A DNA stretch of 63,787 bases, filler included, from Phoronis australis (taxonomy: Eukaryota > Animalia > Phoronida): assembly GCA_002633005.1 (NCBI GenBank). It is 7 parts of 7 records of this genome, joined end to end, with 100 filler letters (N's around TTAATTAATTAA, not from the genome) between each part and the next. Parts side by side here need not be neighbours in the genome. Positions count along the whole stretch, not along the records: positions 6,337 to 37,516 come from NMRA01000262.1; positions 37,617 to 43,998 come from NMRA01000565.1; 5 more parts are not named here. One strand, 5' to 3'. The notes beneath the pieces are model-generated. The model was not told where the DNA came from and did no database searches. It saw only the letters and a list, made by a program, of their open reading frames with translations. Below, in pieces: positions 26,110-39,642 of this stretch; the stretch's first letter is position 1; every line of letters begins with the position of its first letter. The position numbers and the translations under genes were made by a program.

Positions 26110-29100
26110 GTGAGTGAGCGTTCTGATTGTGGCATTGAACCTTTGGGCTGTCCCATAGGAGGGGGAGAAGGGGTTTGGTAAGGACGTGCTGCTGATGCAG
26201 CTGGGTATTTTGCATGATTATTCTTAGCTCTCAGTGGTACTGTATTGTGTAGAGTATTCTTAATGCAATATTGTCTGAGGCACCCATTATTTTCATTGGT
26301 GCTGGAGTAATGTGTAACCATTCCATATTGAATGTGAGGTGGCTGAACCTACAGGAGCCAGAAATTGTCAAATGTAACAAACTGTTAGGCGTATTGGCTT
26401 GCTTTTGCCTATGTCACCACGAGAATCACCTTTTAATTCAAACAGCTGGGAATATCACCTCCACTCAGTGGTGTCCAATTCAGACCCATGTTCAATACGA
26501 CTGTTATCGATCTTTTGTTGTTTTGCCTGAGATGTCGCAGTGATGCAATATGGCATGAAAAGACAGCTTCACCTATCATTTGATGGGCCTACATTTGCGC
26601 ATCCTTATTTTGCTAAGGACTACCTGGTTAGCCCAATAGATCTAAAATAACAAATTTCCATTGAAGTTAGGTTTTAATACCGGTCCCACTGCAGGGGAGT
26701 TTAACTTCCTCGTTGTTTAATCCACGTACTTTGAGACAAGTTGCAACGCCTTTTAAGTCCCGAATTCTCACTTTACCCGCTTACCAAAACTCCTCAAAAC
26801 AGAAGAGTCAGTTCATAAGTGAGAAGTTAACCAGCGCCATTGATGCCTAGATTTTGGGGACAAATTTTGACCCCATTCAACTATGAAAAATATTTATAAT
26901 CGCACAAAGTTCCCCTCATTAGAATCTATGATTTAAGAACTCTCCTCAAGGTAACAATCACAAAATGTTAAATTTGGCTACTTTAAGCTTTGTGACGAAG
27001 GGTGGCGACAAAGGAGAGAGGGGTGAAATTGGTGACCGGTGATGTGGAAGGCACAGGCACCTTTCCCTCAGTTGAGTGAGGGCCCTGTTACTAACTTTTT
27101 TTTCTTTTTGTGCAAAACAATGCGGTTTGTTAAGCCACAGATATGTTTTAAAGGGACCTAGTGCTGTACTGCTATTACACAGGAGCTCTACACTGTAGTA
27201 TGGTAACTGGGTCACAACACATACTAGCTTGATTAAAAATGAGCTCATCAAGCAAATTTAGCACATTACCATTTGTTAGTAAGCTGAGTGTTTCATCCCT
27301 TGGGTGTTCCATCTCTATTCACCAGTAACTTAATATGTGCCAACAGATGTCACCCTTTTGTAATGCCCCATTAGTGACTTTTCCTGTGCCTGTCAGTCAT
27401 GGCATACCATCTGTGTCTCTGACATCACTCTGGTCATTGTCAGAGAGTTTTGCAATTAAAGATGCTATTAAACTGTTAACCCCCCACTTTCAGTCAAAAA
27501 ACCTTTTGATTTTAGACCATTTACCTTAAAAAGTTGGTCTCCAACTGCCCTGTACACCATTTACCTTGGATCACCTGGCTGTTAGATCTCCCGACTATTT
27601 GTTGGATGTCCCGACCGTTTGTTGGATCACCTGATTATTTGTTGATATGACCCTTATTCTGTCACACACCCATCAGATCGCCACATAAAGCTTCACGTGA
27701 CCTAAGGCTTCTGCATTCCTCAGAAACCCACAACATTTACCCACAATGCTTCATATCCAACTAGCGCATTTTTCACCCTCATTTTCATATCACGTGTTTA
27801 ATTCTTCCTTTTACACCAGTCAGTATTGCTTTCCGTGTAAATGTGACCATCATCATCTTCTTGATGCCAGATAGCACAACCTCCTAATATTCCTGAACGT
27901 GGGGGGCTGATTAATTGTCTACTTTTCTAACATTTGAAAGCTTTAGGAAAAGAATGAGTTTTTCATTTATTCTCATCACTTCCATCAACAGCACTTACTG
28001 ATAATAGTATGTATTTTTAGTTATGAACGCCCTGTATGAATTACTTGCTGTTTATGTTTTCTTTCTCAAGTCTGGCTGTGATGCCTGATATGCATGAAAT
28101 TACGAAATGGTGTATCTGTCGTTTTAACTTCTCTGATGGTGAATTTCACTTGCACGTCACGGACATTCTGCAGAGCTCAATTGTCACGACAGGGAATTCT
28201 AGCTCATTTTGTACGATTATTTTTCACCTGTACTTTATAAAACACCTGGCTGGTCCCAGGGCCTGATGTGCTACACGTAAGCCTGCTTACTTGTTTACTT
28301 TATAGATAGTGAAGTGAATCTGGTGTTTACAAGGATTTCCTCAAGCCATGACTCATCTTCACCATTTCATGTACCTATGTTGTAGCAGGCTGTAAAAGTG
28401 TCAAAACATCCCAGTCATGTTGTTTCCAACTTTGACTAAACATCAGCCATTTCTGGTTTGTGTGTGTGGGTGTGGGGTGTTAGTGTGTTTGTGGTCAAAG
28501 GGGACTGATGGTGGAGACCAGCTCTGTGGCATTGACCACAGTTGTCAGGAAGCACAATACTGGCTGTGGCAACTAGCATTAGTCCACCTCTACCCAAGTG
28601 CTGGTGGGTTTCTGTGTTTACAACAGGAAATCTTTATCTTCTGAATTACATAAGATACTTGAATAAGAACAGTATAGTATTTCAGATGTGGATGGCAATA
28701 TTACACAGCCTTAGTGCTTGTCAATTGTCCACATATATGTAGAGAACAGGAAGTCTTCAACATGACCATTTTATGTATCATAAGAAACAATTTGTCACAT
28801 GGTGTTGTTTGAGTATCTAAATGTTCATGCTGATGAGGCATGGTGTTATTCAATCTTTAACCAAACAATTACCCTGTTCAACAATGTTCAACTTCCTATT
28901 GTTTAGGCAAACCTTTATTAGTCACTTCACTGTCTGTTTGAAAGAGCAATAAAGAAATTTATATGAATGGAGTCCAAAGCGTATTAAGTGCTCGACACCT
29001 ACCTTGACGCCAAGTCACATTTAGCAACTTAGCGAAAATCACACATACGGCATACCTCTTCAATTTCTCCCCATAAAAAATATGTACGATTCAATCTCTA

Positions 29101-29878
29101 ACTCAATTCGTTCTCCCAAGGAAAATAGAATGCATCGATTGGCATAAATTGGAAGCGCCTGTTTCACCGATATTGTATGATTTTTGTCGAACAATTCCGA
29201 CTTCCGTGTGTTTACTTCCGGTTGTAATTTAAGTGTCTTTGATGTGTGCTATGGTGGCACTATGCCCTGATATTACAATGTAATCGGAAAAATTATGAAC
29301 CAAAGGTATGAAATCTAGGAAAAGTGCTATGAATTAAAAGTTTGAAAGTCAACACCAACTTTATAATGAATTTTGGGGAAATTATTGTCTGATTTTGGTA
29401 GGCCTACTAGTGACTAAGGAATTTTCCCAGGTTGCCAAACACAATCTGAAATCACTTTGGCGTGCTGAAGGTCGTCAAATGGAGCACTGATATTGAAACT
29501 CAAAATTGAAACGAACAGCTCACTCCATAATTAAGGAATGTATCACTTCTTCTATTTAAGAATCAGAAAAGCTGAACTTTTCACCATTTATGGTTTATTT
29601 ATAGACAAAGTTAATTTATATTTCTTTGATAAGAACCTGTTGTTTTAAAAAGATGAACATGTCTCCAAACTGTTGGGAAAACCAAATTGTTAAAAAATTA
29701 TATTGACCTTCATGGGAAGTAAAGAATGAGTTCTTCACAAGTATTGCCATATTATGGTAAAATCTTTAAAATAATTACCATGGATATGTTCCTTTCTTCG
29801 AACAGTGTTCACAACAGCTGCAAAACTTGAACATCTTGCTACATATGTTTCATGAAAGAAATGATGATTAGAAGTAAA

Positions 29879-30017
29879 ATTTCACTTGTCAGCCTAAATT
29901 AGTAAGATTGTACTGTATGTACTTTAAACCTGCTGCCACTGAGTATATTTCACTTGTCAGCCTAAATTAGTAGGATTTTATTGTATGTACTTTAAACCTA
30001 CTGCCACTGAGTATATT
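29879..30017. repeat. About 69-bp tandem duplication
   Basis: TTTCACTTGTCAGCCTAAATTAGTA...CTGCCACTGAGTATATTT present twice with a few mismatches. Confidence 0.85.
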
Positions 30018-30083
30018 TACAACTTGTTCTCAATGATTCCACTACCTTTGCTGCTGTGTTTTTGATCTTCAATCTTATAAACA

Positions 30084-30563
30084 CAGGGTGTTCCAAGATG
30101 TATTCAGATTTCAGTACAATGCTAGAATTGAGCTCCTGTGAATGGAGTCTACACTCCATTAGTCTGCCATGTTGAGAGTGAATAGTGGTATACATACACA
30201 TCTATGGTCTTCCCAAGTGAATAAACCTTGCATTTATTTTGCATTATTAAAGGAGAATGCCACATAAAACAATGTATTTTGTATCAATTTAGATGAGTAG
30301 TTCGACTCAGTAACAGCAAGTTCAGTTCTTTTTACTAGACACTAGTCGACACACGGAGGTGTTGAAATTAACCAATAATGTTGCAGGTTCTAACACATGG
30401 TGATGGTAACAAAATCTAATTAAATTGGGTGGCATTCTTCTTAGGAGGAAACTCTTTTTTAGTAACCTCCTGTTTATAAATTTGAACCAATAGCTTTGTT
30501 GCCTAGTCAATAACAATGCAGTTATTGTCATCGAGATGTGAATACATATTTTGGAACACCCTG
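30084..30563. mobile_element. Tc1/mariner-type MITE in FAK intron
   Basis: TIR CAGGGTGTTCCAA..ATGTATTCA at both ends; right flank TA, left flank CA (probably a mutated TA TSD). Confidence 0.7.
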
Positions 30564-32867
30564 TATAATACTTAGCACTGTCCACCACAGTAAGTCCCTT
30601 GATAAAATTAACCTAGCGGCCATTCATGTTGGGAGTTTCTGTGATTCACACAGACATTTCAAAGTAATTGAATCGATCTGATAAATTATTCCGTGATTAA
30701 ATGTGTTGTCTAACAAAAGGTGGCTTTCTATGTAAATTCACTTGGACTTATGTTCTTGTCCACAAAACTGTTAATGTAAAATCTCAGGAATAAATAGTTG
30801 AATTAAGGTTATGTGGAAACATAAACAATGTCCAAATTTGGTTAACTTCGAAACATCGGATTCATTCAAAACTGGGAATTGTGAAAATATTAAATTTTTG
30901 CATGAGGGACTATCAAAATTTGGATTTTTAAGACTTATCGAAAAAAATCAAAAGTTTCGAGGAACAAAAGCAAACTGAAAATTTATAAAACTATTACAGA
31001 TTTTTTAGATTTCATTATTTTGCTATGAATGTACATTTCCCTTTTACTAAATTTTATTATAAAGAAACGTTCACATGACTCAATTATGACAGATAGATAG
31101 TATAAAATTATACAGACTTTCTACGTGTATATATGACTTTTACTGAGTAAAAATATATGTTTTTGTCATTTCAAAACTTCTCCATAGCTTTCTTGGCGTA
31201 CAATAGTGAATTCTTTCTTGGCGTACTATAGTGAATTCTTTCCTAATGCTTGATGTATGTGTTGAGCATCTGGTAAGAATTTCTAGAAATTGATTTAATG
31301 CCTTGAATTTGTTTCCTTTGTTTGGTCTTTATCCAACCTCAATTTCAACTACCGAGTAAGCCTGTTCAGCAACACTGTTTAGAGGCATTAAATGTTGCTT
31401 AAGGCAGATTGGCCTGTTAAAGGAAAAGGATATTAGTAAAATTATCATCAAAGTGGTGATCAATAAAAGTCATGTAATTTAATATGGAACCAATGTCTCT
31501 ACTATTAATTAGAACACTGTCTTCATCTTGAAGTGTCTGTAACTAGCAACTGTCAGTCTCTTAAAGTTTATGTTTTCTGAAACAGGAGGTGGGGGTAATA
31601 TATTCTTGTTATTCACATTACTTTGCCATTGTCATGGTTACGTGACCGTGTGTTTTTGTGAAGCCATTGATTTTTAATGGTAAAGTGCTGTGATTTTCCA
31701 AATCATGAGCTTTTTATATCAAAAATACGTTCAATTGTCAAGCACTATGTTGAGAATAATGTTGCTCTTGATTTAATTAAATTTAACTTAGAAAATGATA
31801 AAATCTTTAGTAAAAATTTTGAGCTATGGTTTTGACATTAAGAAGCCATGGTGCCAGAATGTTGAAACACTGTTAAAATCAGAACTCTTTCTCAAGATCA
31901 GTGTTTTGAAGTTTGGAATCATGAGCACTCAAACTACTCGAGAGTCTTGATGGTCATGACTGCTGCTGAAATGTTCTCAAGTTTCCTTGTTTTGTTTAAT
32001 TTCTCAATAGTAACTCAAAATTTATCTAAGATGCAAATGAAAGGAATGTACAATATTTTGACACAGAATCTTGAAGTTAGTTAGTCTGTATTGACCATGT
32101 GATTCACTGTGGAGTCAAATCTAAGCCAGCAGGTCACCTTCAGCCATTTTCACAAACTTTAGAATGTTCTGTCCACGAAAATGAATTTGAACCTTTTATT
32201 GATATAAAATAGGTTACAACTCAGATAAGGAAGGTTTTCTTTCCAAAGAACTGACAGTTGCTGATGTTATTGGATTCCATGTTCAGTGAATAAATGGCAC
32301 GCTATGACTTAGTCAAAGTGTTGAGTATACTGGTCTCAACCACTAACCAACTGTCACTTCGTTCCAAATCCAGAACTTACTTCAGTATTGACTATGGAAT
32401 ATGGACTTTGAGATCAATTTGAGAATGGAAAGTTGTCTTTCAAAAGTTGACTATGCGTGACCTAAGGTGGGTTCATGTGCACTTTAACCATAATCAACTG
32501 GAATATAAACGTTAGTAGTGAAGTAACCATGTGAATGATGTCTGCTCATCTATGGCTTAATCAAGACCAATATGTTGTATAACGTATGAATCTAATAAGC
32601 TACCAAGAAATTATAACAGTCTGTATATGGTATAAAAATTATTTTAGTAAATGCATACTTTGCATGCTTGGCTACAATTTGTTTATTATTTTGGCACTTG
32701 CTCATATTAATAAAAAATCTAACCATTTTACCAATAAACCTTTCAAAATGGTTACAGTTTTGACAGTTATGTAGTTTTTATTGAATTCGAAGAAATTTTA
32801 CTGCGCCTTGAAGGCTACTGGTGCACAAAGTGAACAGTTTTGATATACAGTGTTCTGAATGTTTCAG

Positions 32868-33040
32868 ACAATACTTGAGCTGGTCATTGGTAAACTAGCT
32901 ACTGGTGATCGGTTGGAGAATGCCTATGGCCTGTACCTACGACACACAGGTACGCACGAGGGGTACTGGCTTCACCGTGAGATGACCATGTACCAGGTGA
33001 GGCAGAAGTATGAAGCCCTCTACCCCGATGATGATTGGAG
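32868..33040 (+). CDS. PTK2: Focal adhesion kinase, FERM exon
   Basis: tttcag|ACA...TGGAG|gtgagt, 173 nt, phase 0 to 2. TILELVIGKLATGDRLENAYGLYLRHTGTHEGYWLHREMTMYQVRQKYEALYPDDDW matches the FAK YG.RL...HWLH.DM....VREKYE..HP.EEW motif; in frame with the previous exon. Confidence 0.92.
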
Positions 33041-33414
33041 GTGAGTGATGGCAGCATGACTCCATTGAAGGAGTTGACGTGTGTCGTGGCATGAAGATAC
33101 TGTTGAAATAATTTGGGTAATAGTTACTTGCAGAGGTCCAGAACTAGAGTTATCTACCCTGAATAACCGGTGTTGAACTGGCTCTCAAAATCCGGGACCC
33201 CTTAAGATACTATGTGATTATTTAGAATAGTCAAAAAATTAATTTTCTTTCAAAATTGGATGCTATATGGATGTTTATTTCACAAAGAATGTTTGGATCA
33301 AGAAATGTAGCTTATTGTGCGCAGCGCCATCTGCCAGTTATTGAGAAAGGCATCATGGCAGCCATACAGATGGTGAAAGGTTGATGCTTGAAAGTATTAT
33401 ATGTTTGGTTTTGG

Positions 33415-33522
33415 ATGGAGATGTAAAATTTGTCATCTCCGCACCATTTAAATGGAGATGTAAATTTTGTCATCTCAGCACCATTTGAATGGAGATATAC
33501 AATTTGTCATCACCGCACCATT
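33415..33522. repeat. About 37-bp tandem repeat, 3 copies
   Basis: ATGGAGATGTAAAATTTGTCATCTCCGCACCATTTAA and variants. Confidence 0.8.
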
Positions 33523-33709
33523 TTTAAACAAAGCGAACATTAAATGATTTATCTTCATTGAAAGTGCTACCTAAATGATGTTGTCTACAGAAACACGGGT
33601 TTGTGCAGGAAGCGAAATAGTAAAAGTGTTCGTCAATGTTGTTAAATGTGAATTTACTGTCCTTTTCTAAGGGGAGGGTCATGCCTGTGTATGATCCATT
33701 CATCTTCTT

Positions 33710-33933
33710 GGTCTGGCGTGGTATACACATGACTGGTCTGGCCTGGTATACACATGACTGTGGTCTGGCCTGGTATACACATGACTGTGGTCTGGCCTGG
33801 TATACACATGACTGTGGTCTGGCCTGGTATACACATGACTATGGTCTGGCCTGGTATACACATGACTATGGTCTGGCCTGGTATACACATGACTGTGGTC
33901 TGGCCTGGTATACACATGACTGTGGTCTGGCCT
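33710..33933. repeat. 27-bp minisatellite running into the gap 33934-34478
   Basis: Unit CTGGCCTGGTATACACATGACT(G/A)TGGT. Confidence 0.95.
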
Positions 33934-35540
33934 NNNNNNNNNNNNNNNNNNNNNNNNNNNNNNNNNNNNNNNNNNNNNNNNNNNNNNNNNNNNNNNNNNN
34001 NNNNNNNNNNNNNNNNNNNNNNNNNNNNNNNNNNNNNNNNNNNNNNNNNNNNNNNNNNNNNNNNNNNNNNNNNNNNNNNNNNNNNNNNNNNNNNNNNNNN
34101 NNNNNNNNNNNNNNNNNNNNNNNNNNNNNNNNNNNNNNNNNNNNNNNNNNNNNNNNNNNNNNNNNNNNNNNNNNNNNNNNNNNNNNNNNNNNNNNNNNNN
34201 NNNNNNNNNNNNNNNNNNNNNNNNNNNNNNNNNNNNNNNNNNNNNNNNNNNNNNNNNNNNNNNNNNNNNNNNNNNNNNNNNNNNNNNNNNNNNNNNNNNN
34301 NNNNNNNNNNNNNNNNNNNNNNNNNNNNNNNNNNNNNNNNNNNNNNNNNNNNNNNNNNNNNNNNNNNNNNNNNNNNNNNNNNNNNNNNNNNNNNNNNNNN
34401 NNNNNNNNNNNNNNNNNNNNNNNNNNNNNNNNNNNNNNNNNNNNNNNNNNNNNNNNNNNNNNNNNNNNNNNNNNNNNNTTAGCAAAGTCTGAAAACGCGT
34501 TGGGGCACTTGTTGAGCCATGGGCGCTAATTAGGGCGAATAGCGGCAGAATTACATACAGCAGCGTAGTTTAATGCACACAAATTACACGTCGTGCAAAC
34601 CAGTCGGCCATCCCGTTTACCATCAACAATCCCAGAAGCCTTTGCGCACCCTAATTTCCGGACATGCGCAATCGTTAAATCGATTCAGTTGCAACTCCGC
34701 TATTCACTCACCTGTACCATCCAATCATTGGTGGTCTTTTGATGTATTTGATTTCTCCTAATTATGCTAATGTATCGCAGGAACTAAACGACAATGTTAT
34801 GTGAACATCATCTATGCTAAACGAAGTGCAGTTGTGTTCTTTGACAACTTGTAAATGTGGAAACAAGAAATTCTGCAGATATTTGACCTTTGGACTAATG
34901 ACGTACCTTGCGGGCTCACATAGCCCACATCATGCAGTGTTACTCCTCAACACTAGGTTATGGTACTTACTGGACACGGTCGAAAAGTTTGCAGCAGATC
35001 ATTTTCGTCACAAAACTCGTTCTTAAAAATATTTGGCATCTTCAAGCTACTTCATGTTCAGGTCATTGCTGCATGTTGTGTTTCTGACTAATTTGGCCAA
35101 GCAATCACAGAGATATGTAATTAGTCTGCAAATTCCTCTTTAAATGCTTTCTCAGCAAGCAACCACTAGGTGGAGCTGATCGCACTGACATCTTTCGTTT
35201 CCAACATTAGAGCACATCTCAGCACTGATTACTGATGCGTTTTACGCACATTTCCTTGGTCAACTTTGAACTGTCACTTTTGTTTTATCACAAATTACAT
35301 TGTTGCTGAGAACACAATTGTTAATACTACCAGAAATATTTAGTTGTTGTTAACTCGGCGTATTGATTAAAATGCATTTTGTGATAATTGTCTCCTCAGT
35401 AGTGTTGAATTTGTTCACCCTGTAGACATATGTTCTGAATTCAGAGATTAGCAACTTCATGAAATTGAGCTTACTATCATCTGGCACTACTTTACTTGTA
35501 CGTTCGTGCTTCGTTTCTGATCAATTAATGTGTCTTTTAG

Positions 35541-35620
35541 GTACGGGCTGATTACCTAAAAAATATAGCGGAACATATTGATCCAGATGTGGCCATACGG
35601 TTAGGCTGTCTAGAAATCAG
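35541..35620 (+). CDS. PTK2: Focal adhesion kinase, FERM exon (not in the ORF track)
   Basis: cttttag|GTA...ATCAG|gtaata, 80 nt. VRADYLKNIAEHIDPDVAIRLGCLEI(R) matches FAK V..DY...IA..VD...A..LGCLEIR. Confidence 0.92.
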
Positions 35621-36587
35621 GTAATAAAACCATTTGAATAAGAATACTTAAGCCACAAAATTTCTGAGAATGCCTTGCCTAACAGCGTGAGTTAGACTGG
35701 CCGAATGCATTGTCAAAGTATTGTGTTTGGCACTTACCAAGATGACTACTTACCCAAATTTGAATTATGATGTTTTGGTAGAAATATTTAGATTATTTTG
35801 TTCTACGAATCAAGTGTATTCATTATCAATTATCATAGGACTGAAACTACCTTCATTACTGAACATGAATAAACATGTTTTGTCGAGTGCATTTTAGAAA
35901 GTATTTGGATTGCGTGCACACCTTAAGGTGGTTATAAACCTGATGTCTACCGTGTGGACAAAAATAGCGTTTGATTTAGAACTTTTATTATTGTTATGAA
36001 ATTGGTGACAGGATTGTTTCTCAGTCAAATTTTAGGTGAGTTAGGGTTTTGAAAAAACTTAATCTCATTTTTGCTTGAGACCAGGTTGTACGAGTTGTGT
36101 TGTCAGGGCGAGTCATTTTATGCACAGCGCGTAGTCTCACTGTCAGTTCTTTGTAAACCCAGAATTCACCTCTCATCTGAGTAATGAACTAGGGTTATAT
36201 CCGCTTCAAGTGATTTTACGGTGCTTCACACTTCTGACTGTGTTGGCCTCAGAGCTTCATACTAACTGCATTACGTGACGTCTGTTTTCCATGTGTGTGT
36301 CTCTTCCTGTTTTTCATCCTGTACGCCAGTAGGGAAAGGAGGTACTCAACATGCTTGTGTCTACATAGTCTGCACGCTGTTAGTCACGTCATTGCATGCA
36401 TGTCACAGTTCTGTGCTTGTCGTAGTCAACACTAGCTGCTGTCTGCACAACTTCAAAACTACGTTCCGATGTTGTTGAGTCATATTTTAATTGACTGTTC
36501 ATGTCTCGTAGCTCGGTTTCTTTTCTTTTATACATTTATTGGCAATGAGAACATTTACAATAACACAAAAAGACAAGAACACCACAG

Positions 36588-36819
36588 ACACGTGCACATG
36601 CACACGCACACGCACACACGTGCGCACACACCCACACACACACCCGCACACACACACGCGCGCACACACACGCACGCACACACACACGCGCGCACACACA
36701 CACGCGCGCACACACACGCGCGCACACACACGCGCGCACACACACACACGCACACACACGCGCGCGCACACACACACACACGCACACACACGCGCGCGCA
36801 CACACACACACGCGCATAC
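36588..36819. repeat. Compound (CA)n/(CG)n microsatellite
   Basis: About 230 nt of mostly alternating purine-pyrimidine sequence. Confidence 0.95.
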
Positions 36820-37516
36820 CTTACACCTAATCCACTTGTCTAACAAAAACAGTTTCAAAGTGACACCATCTTTTTTGTACTAATTCTGAATTCAAATCCT
36901 TAGGAGCACTATACTTTTCACTCATATAATATTTTTTGATGAAGTTAAAAAATCTACTTAGAAGTAATTTTTTGATCCTAACTTTTGGGTATAAATAAAC
37001 TGTTTATCCAATAATAAAACAATGTTTTTAAAAATTTTTCTTTTTATCAAAAAATCCAAAAATAACATTGTTGCTGGAGAGAGTGCCGACATACTGGGAA
37101 TTTGCTTTGTTTAAAATTTCGTTTTTAACTTTTGTCCAAAATGAATTTACTGTTTCACATTCCCAAAATAAGTGTTTCAAAGTCTCTTTCGATTGTCCAC
37201 AAAAGGAACAAGTGTCGTCATCCGTAACTTCGGCAAAGTGTTGACAATACCCTGACAGAATCGTTTCGAAATTCTACTCTTTGTCTATAGTCTCACCTGC
37301 AGATGTCGTGGATGGGCCAGCACGCCATCTGCAGGTCATAATGCGAGCAAGTCATGCAGTCATTAACTCAACTGAATATTTAGTTACTAAATCACAATCT
37401 GCCTTCTACTTTTGATTGGGTGAAATAGGATTGTCACATACTTATGATTGGTTGAAATACCACGGTCACATACTTATGATTGAAATACCACGGTCACATG
37501 CCCCATGCCCCCCCCC

Positions 37517-37616
37517 NNNNNNNNNNNNNNNNNNNNNNNNNNNNNNNNNNNNNNNNNNNNTTAATTAATTAANNNNNNNNNNNNNNNNNNNNNNNNNNNN
37601 NNNNNNNNNNNNNNNN
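37517..37616. other. Artificial scaffold spacer
   Basis: 44 N + TTAATTAATTAA + 44 N. Confidence 0.95.
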
Positions 37617-37794
37617 AAAGAAACAATTAAAACAGGTTCAGAATTTAGATAATAAATAAATGATGAAGGATGATGAAAATTTGACTAAGAGAGATAAAAT
37701 TAAATTAAGAGATGATACTAGATAACGAGAGTATTTACAGTAATGGAACATGACATAATTAAGACAGGTAAGGTGTAAGAATGGGTAAGCAAAT

Positions 37795-37900
37795 TACAGC
37801 CACTTTTTAATATTAGTTTTAAAGCATTAATTGAATCGGACCGTTTCATTTCTGAGCTAAGAGAGTTCAATAATGCAGCAGCAGCATAAAATAACCCGAT
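37795..37900 (-). mobile_element. Degenerate 3' end of a CR1/L2-type LINE ORF2
   Basis: Minus-strand translation FYAAAALLNSLSSEMKRSDSINA, then a frameshift to KTNIKKWL*; resembles the F.Y....WNSLP......S...FK..LK..L C-terminal motif. Confidence 0.45.
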
Positions 37901-39109
37901 TTTGCAAGACTAGCACCTCACTACCCTCATAGGCCGCCATCTTAAAACACGCGCACTTATAAGCTAGTACAAGTGCTAATGTCAAGTAAGCACTAGCACA
38001 GAGCACTAGTGCACTGCCATCGTTCTCTCACGAGAAGTCAACGCAGCTATTCACATTGTTACTAGAGTAGTTAGGACCCACACAAGAATAATGTTCATGT
38101 ACCTTGTATGAACAAGCTGACCAAATACATCTCTAGCAAAGCAAGCCACTACATTGATAAGATCTGAGGTCTGTTTAAAGTGAATGATTGTGTTTGGGAA
38201 CAAGTGTACAAGTGTGAATGTATCTAACATTCCGCCAAGTCAGATACATGGGTCTCTGATTTGAGAACCAGTTACTTCCACTGAAGAACGCCTGATATTC
38301 ATTGGGAGTGGCTGGTTCTCAAATCAACTTTAAATCAGGGACCCATCTATCCAACTATTACCAAACATTCCAAATTTATTTGAAAACCGCTGCTCACGAA
38401 AATCGCTATTGAAGTCAGCACACATGAGTAAGTACTCTACAACTACTACTGCTGGTTTCTGATCGAGTGTAGCTAGACACATAACCCGTCTCTAAATAAG
38501 TACTCACAGACATGCTCCACAAGGTTGCTAAACAGTGGAGCACAATTTGGCCAAAATATTGCAAATTAATATCATATCTGTGGTAGTTGCAAGGCCTGAA
38601 TGAAGCACAATACAATGCCAGTTCCTAACCAAAACAGATAAAGTCATTTAATGAAAAAAGCAGTATATGCAAAAATGTCAACATTTTCCACACACTGCCG
38701 TAAGTTGATGTCATGATTTGTGAAAAGATGTCAACAGGCTAGAGTACAGTAATGCTAGGACTTCGCTAACAAGCAAGATTTCGCGAGATTATGTGAAATA
38801 TTGCTGTGCATTTTAAATGGGAACACACGATTTTGGCTAGATTTTAGCGAGGTCCTAGCGTAGGTCCAAGAGTTACTGAACTGTACCCAGTTAACCTAAT
38901 GACCTAGTTTGTACTTGAATGCCATTGGTTGATTTAGAAACGAGATCATCCCTCCAAACCTTCTGGCGGAATGTCAAGATCTCTATTTTGAAGACAGTCT
39001 TTTTTTATTGACAAATTTCTTTAATTGTAGGTTGTTAATTCTAGTGCAGGGAACGTGAACAGAACAGAGGATGATTATTTTGTAATCCAGGCATGTTTTT
39101 AAACTGTCA

Positions 39110-39642
39110 CAATGGCCAAGATTACCAGACCCAGAAATCGAATCAGCGACCCCGATATAACAGGCGATCGTGCAAACCATTCAGCAAATAGGCAATTACC
39201 CATTAGCGAGTGGCTAACAGAGGCTCATATATGACTCACCGGAAGCACGTTTCACAACATTCCCTCTTTCCTATGAACAAGCGCGCCACCTAGCAGGTAA
39301 ACACAAGATTCTACTCCTGTACTTTTACCTCACCAAGATGGCTGCCTGGCAGATGAACCACAAGATTGTCTCGCATTAAGGTTCTCGAATCCTGGTCTAG
39401 GATCACCACCAAGCACGTTGTCTGAGGTCTGAGGGTTCGTGTAGTGCTTCATCGGTATATCATCTGTTTGCCGACTACGCCAATTGTCGTAATAGCCAAG
39501 ATTACCCGACGCAGGAATCAAATCGGCGACTTCGATATAACTGGCGAGCGTGCTAACCATTCAGCTAAGTAATAGGCAATTTCCTGTTTGGGAGTGGCTA
39601 ATAGAGGCTCATACATGATTCAACGGAAGCACGTTTCACAAC
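39110..39642 (-). repeat. Two diverged about 150-bp direct repeats (39110-39260, 39490-39642) with degenerate tRNA-like cores
   Basis: Minus strand ...AGCTGAATGGTTAGCACGCTCGCC...GATTTGATTCC (A-box- and B-box-like); both end GGAAGCACGTTTCACAACA on the + strand. Confidence 0.55.
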
